A stretch of DNA of 64,000 bases from Ignavibacteriota bacterium (lineage in GTDB: Bacteria; Bacteroidota; Ignavibacteria; UBA10030): positions 195,393-259,392 of the forward strand of contig CAWHXW010000002.1 in the NCBI GenBank assembly GCA_963833465.1, read 5' to 3'. Positions 9,586 through 19,294 of this stretch are shown here, piece after piece. The number at the start of each line of letters is the position of its first letter. The first letter of the stretch is position 1. The notes beneath the pieces are model-generated. The model was not told the DNA's origin, did not search any database, and saw only the letters and a list, made by a program, of their open reading frames with translations. The translations under genes were made by a program, and so were the position numbers.

Positions 9586-10610
9586 TTTTTTAATGCGCGC
9601 TGCAGCTCTCGCCGCGCACGATGGTACTTGTTAATGTTTTTTTGATGATCACTGAATAGTTTAGCAAACCGATGTCCACCGACACCTGTGGCAACAAAAT
9701 ACAAATAATCATGTTGTTTGGGAAATAAGACAGCATAAATGGAGGATTTTCCCGGATTGTTTATCGGGCCGGGCGGCAATCCGTAATGACGATAGGTGTT
9801 GTACGGCGAATCCAAGTTCAAATCTTGATGATCTAATTTTTTATCTTCGCCAAGTACATATTGAACAGTAGGATCAGCTTCAAGCCGCATTTTCTTTTTT
9901 AACCGGTTCCAATACACACCGGCTATAATCGGACGTTCATCGCTGATGTTAGATTCCGCTTCAACAATTGAAGCAAGCGTGAGAACCTGCTGAAGCGATG
10001 CGTTCATTTTGTGCTGTTGTTCAAGCAGTGTATCGTTATAAAAATGTTTAAACCCTTCCAGCATTCGCATTAAAATTTCATGTTCATCTGTTTGCCAATA
10101 AAATGCGTATGTTTCAGGCATCAAATATCCTTCAAGTGATTTTGCGTTAACTCCCTGGTCATGAATGAACAAACTATCTTTACAGAGCGCGAGAAATTTT
10201 TCTGCATCAATTCCGATTTCATGCTTGTACCTGCGTGCTATTTGTTCAACCCGCCATCCTTCCGGAATTGTAACGGGAATAATCAGACGCGATTTCCCAA
10301 CACGAATATCTTCAAGAATATCAAGATTTGATTGACCTGAAAGAAAAAGATATTTTCCAGTTTTTATTGTTTTCGTGTAACCCAGCAAACGACCTGCAAT
10401 TTGAAATGACCAATGATTTCGAATAGCCCGTGTACTTACTAACGAATCGACCGCTGAGCGAAAGGACGCGCCGCGAGGAATCGTCACTACTTTTCCTTTT
10501 GGATCATTATAATAATTCGGTAATAAAAAAATATAATACGCAAAAGCCAATACAAGCACACTAAAAACAACTATTGTAATTACTAACCGCTGAAAAAATC
10601 TCCTCTTCAT
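9582..10610 (-). CDS. mltG: endolytic murein transglycosylase MltG (YceG family)
   Basis: It has an N-terminal TM segment, the EGYLMPETY motif and the usual YceG-like length. Confidence 0.85.
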   Translation of the reverse strand: MKRRFFQRLVITIVVFSVLVLAFAYYIFLLPNYYNDPKGKVVTIPRGASFRSAVDSLVSTRAIRNHWSFQIAGRLLGYTKTIKTGKYLFLSGQSNLDILEDIRVGKSRLIIPVTIPEGWRVEQIARRYKHEIGIDAEKFLALCKDSLFIHDQGVNAKSLEGYLMPETYAFYWQTDEHEILMRMLEGFKHFYNDTLLEQQHKMNASLQQVLTLASIVEAESNISDERPIIAGVYWNRLKKKMRLEADPTVQYVLGEDKKLDHQDLNLDSPYNTYRHYGLPPGPINNPGKSSIYAVLFPKQHDYLYFVATGVGGHRFAKLFSDHQKNINKYHRARRELQRALKK

Positions 10611-10615
10611 ACGTT

Positions 10616-10918
10616 TTATTTCAATCGTTTCTTCTTTTCACTCATTGTAATACGTTCAACACTTCGGGACTCATCGATAATGCGTTCAAAGAGTCGTTGA
10701 ACGGCTTTCGCAGAAAGCGGGCCACAGTTTGCTGCAGTAACATTTCGTTTCACCTCTTCTTCACGTTCCGGCGAATAAGCATCCAATCCAAGAAGAAGTT
10801 TTATTTTGCCTATCTCCTCAGCGCATTTTGTCCGCTCATTCAGCAATTTCACGAGTTCAAGATCAATTTCGTCTATTCGATCACGCCAGAGGTATATTTC
10901 TTTTTTGAAATCATCCAT
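10616..10918 (-). CDS. chorismate mutase (AroQ type, stand-alone)
   Basis: It is 100 aa with the RDRIDEIDLELVKLLNERTKCAEEIGKIK pattern typical of CM type 2. Confidence 0.75.
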   Translation of the reverse strand: MDDFKKEIYLWRDRIDEIDLELVKLLNERTKCAEEIGKIKLLLGLDAYSPEREEEVKRNVTAANCGPLSAKAVQRLFERIIDESRSVERITMSEKKKRLK

Positions 10919-10920
10919 AA

Positions 10921-11931
10921 TTAATTCATTTGCAAGTTTGGTTCAGCAGTTAATTCGAGATTTGATACAAATCCTCTACGCAATCGCTCATATCCAGCTT
11001 GCGCCACCATTGCGCCGTTATCTGTACAAAAATCTATTTTTGGGATAAAAAGATTCAAGTGATTGATTTTAGATTCTGTTTCGAGACGGCGGCGCAGTTC
11101 TGAATTTGCAGATACTCCTCCGCACACTGCAATATCTTTCACTTCACTTTTTTTTGCTGCTTTTATCAACTTATAGATTAAAACATCGACAACCGCTGCC
11201 TGAAAACTTGCGCAGACATCGGCAATGAATTGCTCGTTTACATTTGCCGTTTTATCAAATCCGACTTTACGCAAATAATACAACACAGAAGTTTTCAATC
11301 CGCTGAAGCTGAATTGATGCGAACCATCTTCAAGATAAGGACGTGGAAATTGTACTGCTTTTGAATTTCCTTTTTCAGCATACTTGTCAACTAAAGGACC
11401 GCCGGGATATCCGATGCCGAGCATTTTTGCCACTTTATCAAAAGCTTCACCTGCAGCATCATCCATTGTTTCACCCAGCAATTCGTTTTTAAAAAAATCC
11501 TTTACCAATACGAGCTGAGTGTGCCCGCCGGAAACAGTTAAGTTGACAAAAGGAAATGACGGTTTAGGTTTTTCAATCATATTTGAAAATATGTGCGCTT
11601 CCATATGGTTAATTCCGATAAACGGAATACCAAGACCCATTGCCATTGCTTTGCTAAAACTTAAACCGACTAAAATTGATCCAATGAGTCCGGGACCGTA
11701 GACCGCAGCAATTGCATTTAAATCTTTTTTCCCGACAAACGCTTTTCGCAATGCTTCTTCAACAACAGGAATTATAAGTCGCTGGTGCGCTCTCGAAGCC
11801 AACTCTGGCACTACTCCGCCATAATCTGAATGAAGAAGCTGCACTGCGGTAGCATTTGAACATAACTTTCCATTCCGCACAACCGCCGCAGAAGTTTCAT
11901 CACAAGATGTTTCAATTCCTAAAATTATCAT
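10921..11931 (-). CDS. tsaD: tRNA N6-adenosine threonylcarbamoyltransferase TsaD
   Basis: It starts ILGIETSCDETSAAVV and carries GVSANSELR. The ORF-track start at 11994 adds 21 non-conserved aa, so I prefer M22 at 11931. Confidence 0.9.
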   Translation of the reverse strand: MIILGIETSCDETSAAVVRNGKLCSNATAVQLLHSDYGGVVPELASRAHQRLIIPVVEEALRKAFVGKKDLNAIAAVYGPGLIGSILVGLSFSKAMAMGLGIPFIGINHMEAHIFSNMIEKPKPSFPFVNLTVSGGHTQLVLVKDFFKNELLGETMDDAAGEAFDKVAKMLGIGYPGGPLVDKYAEKGNSKAVQFPRPYLEDGSHQFSFSGLKTSVLYYLRKVGFDKTANVNEQFIADVCASFQAAVVDVLIYKLIKAAKKSEVKDIAVCGGVSANSELRRRLETESKINHLNLFIPKIDFCTDNGAMVAQAGYERLRRGFVSNLELTAEPNLQMN

Positions 11932-12085
11932 GCTTATTGATATGATAACCAAATTTGATTCTTTGTGCAACGTAGCGCTTGAAAATATCTGCAAAATAAG
12001 CTGCGCTTAATTTAAAAACTTGAGTTTGATGAAAATAATTTTTATTTCGTTCATTATTCACTGCTAATTAATAGAGAATTTCTCC

Positions 12086-12114
12086 TTGCCTCTTGCAGGT
12101 TTTCTCGTTATATT
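12086..12114 (+). promoter_or_regulatory. candidate sigma-70 promoter for rpmB (TTGCCT-N17-TATATT)
   Basis: By hand count, the -35 element is at 12086-12091 and the -10 element at 12109-12114, with a 17-nt spacer. The -10 ends about 40 nt upstream of the rpmB ATG. Confidence 0.4.
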
Positions 12115-12153
12115 ATTTTGTAATTTATAATATTGAAATTATTGGAGTTGCAA

Positions 12154-12348
12154 ATGGCAAGAATTTGTGAAGTGTGTGGCAAGAAACCTATGGCAGGCAA
12201 TCACGTCAGCCACGCACATAATCGCGTTCCAAGACGTTTTCTTCCAAATCTGCAGAATGCACGAGTGAAATTAGCATCTGGCGCAGTAAAAAGTATTCAG
12301 GTCTGCACAAATTGCATCAAATCCGGGAAGATTAAAAAAGCAGCTTAA
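12154..12348 (+). CDS. rpmB: 50S ribosomal protein L28
   Basis: The protein begins [39 protein letters not shown] lies upstream of the ATG at 12154. The ORF-track start at 12133 is TTG and is probably spurious. Confidence 0.93.
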   Translation: MARICEVCGKKPMAGNHVSHAHNRVPRRFLPNLQNARVKLASGAVKSIQVCTNCIKSGKIKKAA

Positions 12349-12372
12349 GTTTTTGATTGTTGTGAAATTATT

Positions 12373-12399
12373 AAATCCCGCCCTAAGCGGGATTTTTTT
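12373..12399 (+). terminator. rho-independent terminator after rpmB
   Basis: The hairpin is AAATCCCGC / loop CCTAA / GCGGGATTT, followed by a T-run. Confidence 0.8.
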
Positions 12400-12478
12400 G
12401 TCAGCCGCCACTGAGAGGCAACTAAAACGGCGTGTTTTTATATGTAGGTGAACTCATCAGTAATATTGTAATTGAGCG

Positions 12479-13093
12479 ATGAAATTTTTTTCACCACCAA
12501 ATCAATTAACATTTCTGAGAATTTTGCTCACACCGGTATTTCTTGTCTTCTTGTTATCTAACAATTCTATTTTACTACAATGGTCGCTTGCGGTTTTTAT
12601 TTTCGCCGCGATCACAGACTGGTACGATGGCTGGCTTGCACGGCGTTGGGGCTATGTTACACGCTGGGGTGCTTTCTTAGATCCGTTAGCCGATAAAGTT
12701 CTCACATCAGCAGCGCTTCTTGCTTATTCATATCTCGGCTTGGTATCAGGTTGGATGGTGTGGATCATCGTAATCCGTGATGCCGTCATCACTATCCTAC
12801 GCTCCTATGCAGAGTATAAAGGCAAACCGGTTGATACGTCTAAGCTGGCTAAAACAAAAACTTTCGTGCAATATATTCTCATTTATTATCTCTTGATTTT
12901 ATTTGTTGCTCAAAATACTCCATCATTTGAAGAAAAATTTAGAGGAATAATTAAAACGCTCCTGGATTATTCTTTCATTTATTTTGCAATGATCATTATT
13001 ACCGGTATTACTTTATGGACCGGCATCATTTATATTATCGACAATTGGAAAACCATAGGTGAACTTTACGAATCCTCAAATAAAATTTCCTGA
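12479..13093 (+). CDS. pgsA: CDP-alcohol phosphatidyltransferase (PgsA-like)
   Basis: It matches the D-G-x2-A-R-x8-G-x3-D-x3-D motif (DWYDGWLARRWGYVTRWGAFLDPLADK) and is multi-TM. Confidence 0.85.
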   Translation: MKFFSPPNQLTFLRILLTPVFLVFLLSNNSILLQWSLAVFIFAAITDWYDGWLARRWGYVTRWGAFLDPLADKVLTSAALLAYSYLGLVSGWMVWIIVIRDAVITILRSYAEYKGKPVDTSKLAKTKTFVQYILIYYLLILFVAQNTPSFEEKFRGIIKTLLDYSFIYFAMIIITGITLWTGIIYIIDNWKTIGELYESSNKIS

Positions 13094-13589
13094 CCCGAAT
13101 AAAAATTTACCGTTAATTGAACCTTCATTTGGCACAAAGTTATTTGCATCCGCTCTTTTCTCTGGATATTCGCCTATCGCATCCGGCACGGTCGGCAGCG
13201 CTGTAGCACTCGCAATTTATTTTATTCCCGGATTTGAATCGCGGATGATCATCATTATAACTACATTTATTGTTTGCATTGTAGGCATTCCGGCTGCTGA
13301 TATTATGGAAAAATGGTACGGCCATGATCCAGCCGAAGTGACAATTGATGAGGTTGTAGGAATGTGGATTTCGCTTTTTTTTCTTCCCAAAAAAATATTT
13401 GTTGTGCTGTCTGCATTTATCCTCTTCAGAATTCTGGATATCATCAAGCCACCTGTATCGCGAAAGTTCGATAAAATGCACGGCGGCTTAGGTATTATGA
13501 TGGATGATGTGATTGCCGGTATTTATACAAACATTATTCTCCAGTTCGCGCTTTTGATTCCGATAATCAATAATTTTTTGTTGAGATAA
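13059..13589 (+). CDS. pgpA: phosphatidylglycerophosphatase A
   Basis: The IDEVVGMW and FRILDIIKPPV motifs are present. The start is GTG and overlaps the pgsA end, so the exact start is uncertain. Confidence 0.75.
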   Translation: MNFTNPQIKFPDPNKNLPLIEPSFGTKLFASALFSGYSPIASGTVGSAVALAIYFIPGFESRMIIIITTFIVCIVGIPAADIMEKWYGHDPAEVTIDEVVGMWISLFFLPKKIFVVLSAFILFRILDIIKPPVSRKFDKMHGGLGIMMDDVIAGIYTNIILQFALLIPIINNFLLR

Positions 13590-13591
13590 AA

Positions 13592-14849
13592 ATGGCGAAG
13601 GCTGAAATCATTTCTATCGGCGATGAACTGCTTATTGGTCAGGTAATTAATTCCAACCAAGCTTATATTGCAGAAATATTAAACTCAGCCGGCATATTAT
13701 GTGATAAGATGACAACAATCGGCGACAATGAAGATGAAATTCTTTCTGCATTTCAAAAAGCATATCCTTCTCATGACGTAGTTACCGTAACAGGCGGACT
13801 TGGACCAACACATGACGATATTACACGCAGCGTCGTTTGTAAGTTTTTTAATACAGATACAATATTGAATAATGAAGCTCTTGAAAATGTGAAACGTATT
13901 TTTGCGAGGCTTAATTCGCTTCCTCATAAAATTAATGAAGACCAAGCTCTTGTCCCGCGAAGCTGCATTGCCATCCAGAATCGGCTTGGCACTGCGCCTG
14001 GATATTTCTTCGATCAGAACGGAAAGTATTTCATTGTCATGCCCGGCGTGCCTTATGAAATGAAAGCAATGATGGATGATTTCGTTCTGCCGTTCTTCGA
14101 GAAACATAAAACAGGAATGATCATTCTCCATAGAACATTAAAAACAACCGGTATAGCAGAATCATTTCTCGCTGAAAAAATCGGAGATATGAATAAAATA
14201 TTTTCTCCAGGCTCCGGCATCACTCTGGCATTTCTTCCAAATTCATTTGGTGTGCGATTGCGAATTACAGCTCAAGCAAATTCTGCTGATGATGTTGAAA
14301 ATAAAATCAATGATGTTGAAACAAAACTCCGAAGTCGAATTGAAAAATATATATACGCGTTTGATGATGATGAATTGGAAAATGTCGTCGGTAAATTGTT
14401 GAGTGAACAAAAACTAACCATTGCCGTCGCTGAATCCTGCACAGGCGGATTAATTGCAGATCGAATTACAAACATTTCGGGAAGTTCAAATTATTTCGAA
14501 CGCGGAATGATAACTTACAGTAATAAATCAAAAATAAATGAACTTGGAGTACCGTCAGAGTTAATAGATCAAAACGGCGCTGTGTGCCGAGAAGTCGCTG
14601 AAGCGATGGCTTTGGGTGTTCGGTACAAAATCCAATACTGACATCGGCATCTCAACTACGGGTATTGCCGGTCCGAGCGGAGGTTCGCAGGAAAAGCCTG
14701 TCGGACTTATTTGGATTGGATATTCAAATAAAAATGAAACATTCGCAGTGCAATTCAATTTCACTGGTGAGCGCAGAATTATAAAAGAACGTGCAGCTCA
14801 AGCAGCGCTGGAAATGGTAAGACGAAAGCTTTTAAAAATTATGGATTAA
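13592..14849 (+). pseudogene. cinA: CinA (MoCF-binding domain plus nicotinamide-nucleotide amidase domain), split by one frameshift
   Basis: The ORFs 13592-14641 and 14616-14849 are the N- and C-terminal parts of one CinA (...REVAEAMALGVR / ...SNTDIGISTTGIAGPSGG). Removing one A from ACAAAATCC near 14625-14630 restores the frame. The span is 1258 nt, which is 3n+1. Confidence 0.85.
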
Positions 14850-14853
14850 TTCG

Positions 14854-15417
14854 ATGCCCGTTATCCGCACTTTCATCGCACTCCCAACTCAATCAAATGT
14901 TCAGCAAAGGATTGCTGAGATTCAGCAAAAACTAAAAACAACACAGGCAGATGTGAAGTGGGAGTTGCAGAATAAATTTCACATAACATTAGTGTTCTTA
15001 GGAAATATTGAGCAATCGAAACTCGAATTACTTTCGGCAGCATTGGCAAAATCAGTTCAACAATTTTCATCAATTTCAATTAAATATGAATCAATCGGTG
15101 CGTTTCCAAGCAATCAAAACCCGCATATTATTTGGATTGGCATAAAGCCAAATCAGAAAATTCTCGATCTTCAGACAGCGGCAGAACGAGTCTGTACAGA
15201 ATTCGGATTTCCTAAAGAGAACCGAGTATTTCATCCACATATCACATTAGGCAGAGTTAAAGAAAATCGTAATCTCGTTCGCTTGACTGAAACAATAAAA
15301 ACCATTACTTTTCAACCAATCGAAACCATTTGCTCGGAGATTTTGCTGATGAAAAGTGAGTTACATCCGAGCGGTTCTATCTACACAATTTTAAAATCAT
15401 TCCCACTTCACACTTAG
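14854..15417 (+). CDS. thpR: RNA 2',3'-cyclic phosphodiesterase (2H family, LigT/ThpR)
   Basis: It carries two H-x-T-x motifs (HITLVFLG, HITLGRV). Confidence 0.85.
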   Translation: MPVIRTFIALPTQSNVQQRIAEIQQKLKTTQADVKWELQNKFHITLVFLGNIEQSKLELLSAALAKSVQQFSSISIKYESIGAFPSNQNPHIIWIGIKPNQKILDLQTAAERVCTEFGFPKENRVFHPHITLGRVKENRNLVRLTETIKTITFQPIETICSEILLMKSELHPSGSIYTILKSFPLHT

Positions 15418-15430
15418 CGGAGAAAGCTAA

Positions 15431-16504
15431 ATGACGGATATTATTAAAGAATCAAAATTGCAGGCACTTAAAATTGCTATTGATCAAATAGAAAAACAAC
15501 ATGGCAAAGGTTCTATTATGCGATTAAATGAAGGACCAATTGCCAAGGTCGATGCAATTTCTACAGGATCTATTTCATTAGATGCCGCACTTGGCATTGG
15601 TGGTGTGCCGCGCGGTCGTGTTATCGAAATCTACGGCCCCGAATCTTCAGGTAAAACAACAATTTGCCTGCATATTATATCTGAAGCACAAAAGTCCGGC
15701 GGATTAGCAGCGTTCATCGATACCGAACATGCGCTGGATATTGCGTATGCTAAAAAGTTAGGCGTGGATGTCAACAATCTTCTTCTTTCCCAGCCTGAGT
15801 TTGGTGAACAAGCACTTGAAATTGTGGAAACACTTGTTCGCAGCAACGCTATAGATATTATTGTAGTTGATTCCGTCGCGGCGTTGACACCTCGCGCCGA
15901 AATTGAGGGCGAAATGGGTGATCCTACGATGGGAGTTCAGGCACGGTTGATGTCTCAAGCACTTCGCAAACTCACATCTGCAATCAGCAAATCGAAAACC
16001 AGTGTTATGTTCACAAATCAACTCCGTCAGAAGATCGGCGTAATGTTTGGGAATCCAGAAACTACAACTGGCGGCAACGCTCTCAAGTTTTACGCTTCCG
16101 TTAGAATGGATGTTCGCCGCATCGAAGCAATCAAAGACGGCAATAATGTAATTGGTAATCGAACACGAGTGAAAGTTGTAAAAAATAAAGTTGCGCCGCC
16201 TTTTAAAGAAGCTCAATTCGACATTCTCTATAATGAAGGAATTTCTAGACTCGGAGATTTAATTGATACTGCTGTGGAAAAAAATATTATTGTAAAGAGC
16301 GGCTCTTGGTTCTCTTATAAGGAAGATCGGATCGGGCAAGGGCGCGATTCAGTAAAAGTATTTCTTCAAGCAAATTCGATTATAGCTAAAGATATTGATG
16401 CAGAACTCCGTAAACAACTCGGACTGATAAACGAAGAACAAAAACCGACAGCAGAAAAGACAGAAACAATTACATCTGAAACAAAAAAATCAAAACGCAA
16501 TTAA
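15431..16504 (+). CDS. recA: recombinase RecA
   Basis: It has the GPESSGKTT Walker A motif and RecA-like sequence along its whole length. Confidence 0.98.
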   Translation: MTDIIKESKLQALKIAIDQIEKQHGKGSIMRLNEGPIAKVDAISTGSISLDAALGIGGVPRGRVIEIYGPESSGKTTICLHIISEAQKSGGLAAFIDTEHALDIAYAKKLGVDVNNLLLSQPEFGEQALEIVETLVRSNAIDIIVVDSVAALTPRAEIEGEMGDPTMGVQARLMSQALRKLTSAISKSKTSVMFTNQLRQKIGVMFGNPETTTGGNALKFYASVRMDVRRIEAIKDGNNVIGNRTRVKVVKNKVAPPFKEAQFDILYNEGISRLGDLIDTAVEKNIIVKSGSWFSYKEDRIGQGRDSVKVFLQANSIIAKDIDAELRKQLGLINEEQKPTAEKTETITSETKKSKRN

Positions 16505-16510
16505 GCAGCG

Positions 16511-17149
16511 GTGATTATTACAAAGATCAAAAGACTTAGAGGCAAACGGCATTTGTACAGCGTGCATATTGATGGCGAGCCGTCTTTAGAATTAAGCGAT
16601 TGGACTATTGGCAAATGCGGTCTACGGACAGGCGATGAACTTGATGAACAAACTGTTGGCAAAATAAAATTGGCCGAAGAAGAGACACGGGCAAAAAACA
16701 TCGCTATCAATTATTTATCGTACCGGAAACGAAGTTCAAAAGAAATCATGGAACATTTGACAAGGAAAGGTTTCACACGTGAATGCGCTGAAAATGTTAC
16801 ACATCATTTTCAAGCCGCACGAATGATTGACGATCTCGAATTTGCCCGTGCATTTGTAAGAGACAGATTAAAACGAAAACCAATAGGGAAAGAACTAATA
16901 CGAAATCAGCTAATTGCTAAAGGAATCAAATCATCGATGACCGATATGGTACTTGCTGAGCTAATCTCTCTCCAGAGTCAACAAACATCGGCACTTGAAG
17001 CTGCGAAACGCAAGATAAAATTGACACAGCGTTCAAAAATAAATTTTAATGAAGAGAAACGAAAAAAAAATCTTCTCGATTTTCTTCTTCGCCGTGGATT
17101 TTCCTACGAGATTGCAATAAAAACTGTTCATTCAACATTGGACCGATAA
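16511..17149 (+). CDS. recX: regulatory protein RecX
   Basis: It lies immediately downstream of recA. The NYLSYRKRSSKEIMEHLTRKGF helical-repeat pattern is present. The start is GTG. Confidence 0.75.
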   Translation: MIITKIKRLRGKRHLYSVHIDGEPSLELSDWTIGKCGLRTGDELDEQTVGKIKLAEEETRAKNIAINYLSYRKRSSKEIMEHLTRKGFTRECAENVTHHFQAARMIDDLEFARAFVRDRLKRKPIGKELIRNQLIAKGIKSSMTDMVLAELISLQSQQTSALEAAKRKIKLTQRSKINFNEEKRKKNLLDFLLRRGFSYEIAIKTVHSTLDR

Positions 17150-17152
17150 CCT

Positions 17153-18202
17153 ATGCATTTATCAGCTTCCACATCTAACAAGCCATTTTTAAAAGTTCTC
17201 GCTTTTTTGGCACTAATAATTTTTCTTTTCTGGATAGCGTCATTCTTTCCAGATCTTATTTTAACACTTATCGTATCCACACTCGTAGCATTCATACTCA
17301 AACCGCTTGTCTGGTTCTTAGAATCCAGGTTAAGTCTAAAGCGAGGAGTTGCTATTGGTATTGTCTTTCTTTTAGTAGGAGGAATTGTAGTATTCACATT
17401 GGTTGAAACGATTCCAATCTTGATCAGCCACCTCCAATTGATGTATGAACAATTGCGGCAATTTCCAATTGAAGCGAAGTTAACATTAGCATCAAAAGAA
17501 ATGACAGCGCACATTCCGTTTATTGATTCCTCAAATATAGGAACAAAGGTTCACGAATTTATTCAAGGGCTCATTCAATCTGCCGGTGAAATAGCCGGTA
17601 CCGCAGTTTCTTATTTAGCGAATCTTATCATCGTCCCGTTCATCACTTATTTCATTTTGGCAGAAGGCGATCTTGGAATAAAAGCATTGGTCGAAAGAAT
17701 TCCGAATAAGTATTTTGAGATGTCACTGAATATTATGGACAAGGTAGGCAGAGAGCTTGTTTCATACTTGCGAGGATTGATTCTTGAATGCAGTATTGTG
17801 GGCGGGATATCTTTAATTGGATATATAATCATCGGAGTTCCTTACGCTCTTTTACTCGGTGTTCTTACTGGAATAGCAAATATAGTTCCATATCTTGGAT
17901 TCATTACAGGCGCAAGTATTGCTCTCATTGCATCGCTGACAGCTACTGGTGATTTTCGAATGTTTGTCCCTATTGCTATTCTTGCAGGCGTTACACGCCT
18001 AATAGATGATTTTGTTCTTCAGCCAATTTGTTTCGGTAAATCGCTGGACATGCACCCGGTCGCGGTCGTAATCACACTCATTATCGGTCATCAATTAATG
18101 GGAATTCCAGGAATGGTAATTTCCATTCCTATTGCAACAATTCTCCGTGTTTCCGCGAAAGAAACATATTGGGGACTGAAACATTACACTATCACAGCAT
18201 AA
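17153..18202 (+). CDS. AI-2E family transporter (PerM/UPF0118)
   Basis: It is a multi-TM protein with the GVLTGIANIVPYLGF motif and a family-typical length. Confidence 0.8.
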   Translation: MHLSASTSNKPFLKVLAFLALIIFLFWIASFFPDLILTLIVSTLVAFILKPLVWFLESRLSLKRGVAIGIVFLLVGGIVVFTLVETIPILISHLQLMYEQLRQFPIEAKLTLASKEMTAHIPFIDSSNIGTKVHEFIQGLIQSAGEIAGTAVSYLANLIIVPFITYFILAEGDLGIKALVERIPNKYFEMSLNIMDKVGRELVSYLRGLILECSIVGGISLIGYIIIGVPYALLLGVLTGIANIVPYLGFITGASIALIASLTATGDFRMFVPIAILAGVTRLIDDFVLQPICFGKSLDMHPVAVVITLIIGHQLMGIPGMVISIPIATILRVSAKETYWGLKHYTITA

Positions 18203-18437
18203 TATTTTATATAATCTGAATACGCAAGATTACTTGTAATAATATCCGATAAGACCAATTGTAATCGTGTTTTCCATTCGCAGTATTTTTTTTAGAATAA
18301 TTAGAAATTCTTTGAAGAAAATTGTCGATATGCTGCTTACAATTTCTATTGCGACAATTCTTAAATATTCTGCCGTCATAAATAATTGAATTTAAAAAAT
18401 AACTATCGCATCATTGCTTTAAGAGGAGGTAGCTGCT

Positions 18438-19106
18438 ATGTCACATGTCGTACTTGATATTGAAACCCTTGGATTTCCTGTCGAATCATTTGATGAAGCC
18501 CGGCAAAAATATTTATTGAAATTTGCCGAGACAGATTCAGACCGTACAGAAGCAATTCAAAAACTTAATCTTTATCCAACTACAGCGCAAATTATAGCTA
18601 TTGGTATGCTCAATCCTGAAACTAATCACGGCAAAATTCTTTTTCAATCGGATGAAAAATTAGATTATTACTCGGAAGATGAATTAGTGCACTTCAAATC
18701 GGGCAATGAGAAAGAAATTCTTGAACAGTTCTGGTTAGACATCGAACACTATGACCAATTTGTTACATTCAACGGGCGCACATTTGATTGCCCTTTTCTT
18801 ATGTTGCGCTCTGCAATTCTCCAAATCCAGCCGACACGCAATCTTATGCCGTATCGGTATGATACATCTATTCATTGTGATTTATTGGAACAGTTTTCTT
18901 TCTACGGCGCTTTGCGAAAATTCAATTTAGATTTTTATTGTAAATCATTCGGTATAGAAAGTCCGAAAGCTTACGGTGTAACGGGATTGGAAATGAAAAA
19001 GTTGACAGAGGAAAAACGATTTCGTGAGATTGCAGAATATAATCTTCGGGATTTGCATGCTACCGCAGAGTTATTTAAAAGATGGGAAAAGTTTTTGAGT
19101 GTGTGA
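18438..19106 (+). CDS. RNase H-fold 3'-5' exonuclease (PolB-exonuclease-like, COG3298 type)
   Basis: Exo I (LDIET), Exo II (FNGRTFDCPFL) and Exo III (YNLRDLHAT) are all present. An AGGAGG RBS lies upstream. Confidence 0.7.
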   Translation: MSHVVLDIETLGFPVESFDEARQKYLLKFAETDSDRTEAIQKLNLYPTTAQIIAIGMLNPETNHGKILFQSDEKLDYYSEDELVHFKSGNEKEILEQFWLDIEHYDQFVTFNGRTFDCPFLMLRSAILQIQPTRNLMPYRYDTSIHCDLLEQFSFYGALRKFNLDFYCKSFGIESPKAYGVTGLEMKKLTEEKRFREIAEYNLRDLHATAELFKRWEKFLSV

Positions 19107-19294
19107 GTCTTTTCTGTCGCCAAGGTTATTTATTCTCGATTCCAAGCACTGCTTGGGATCGCAACTGCCAGAAGCTCCGCTTCCATTCTTGCTCCAAAAT
19201 CTATCTTCAATGCCATCTATTCCCAAACGGAGTTTGGGAACGATGTTATAGTATCTACTGTATTACAATCGGAATGTTTACATCCTGCAGGTTC
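19107..19294. repeat. palindrome-containing intergenic element between convergent genes
   Basis: A 9-bp-stem hairpin, TTCCCAAAC-GGA-GTTTGGGAA, sits at 19220-19240. A second palindrome, CCAAGCACTGCTTGG, is near 19142-19158. The region is locally GC-richer than its surroundings. Confidence 0.4.

Noticed and set aside
12133-12153. The ORF track gives rpmB an upstream TTG start.
   Set aside because: The canonical L28 N-terminus [10 protein letters not shown] starts at the ATG at 12154, which has a GGAG upstream.
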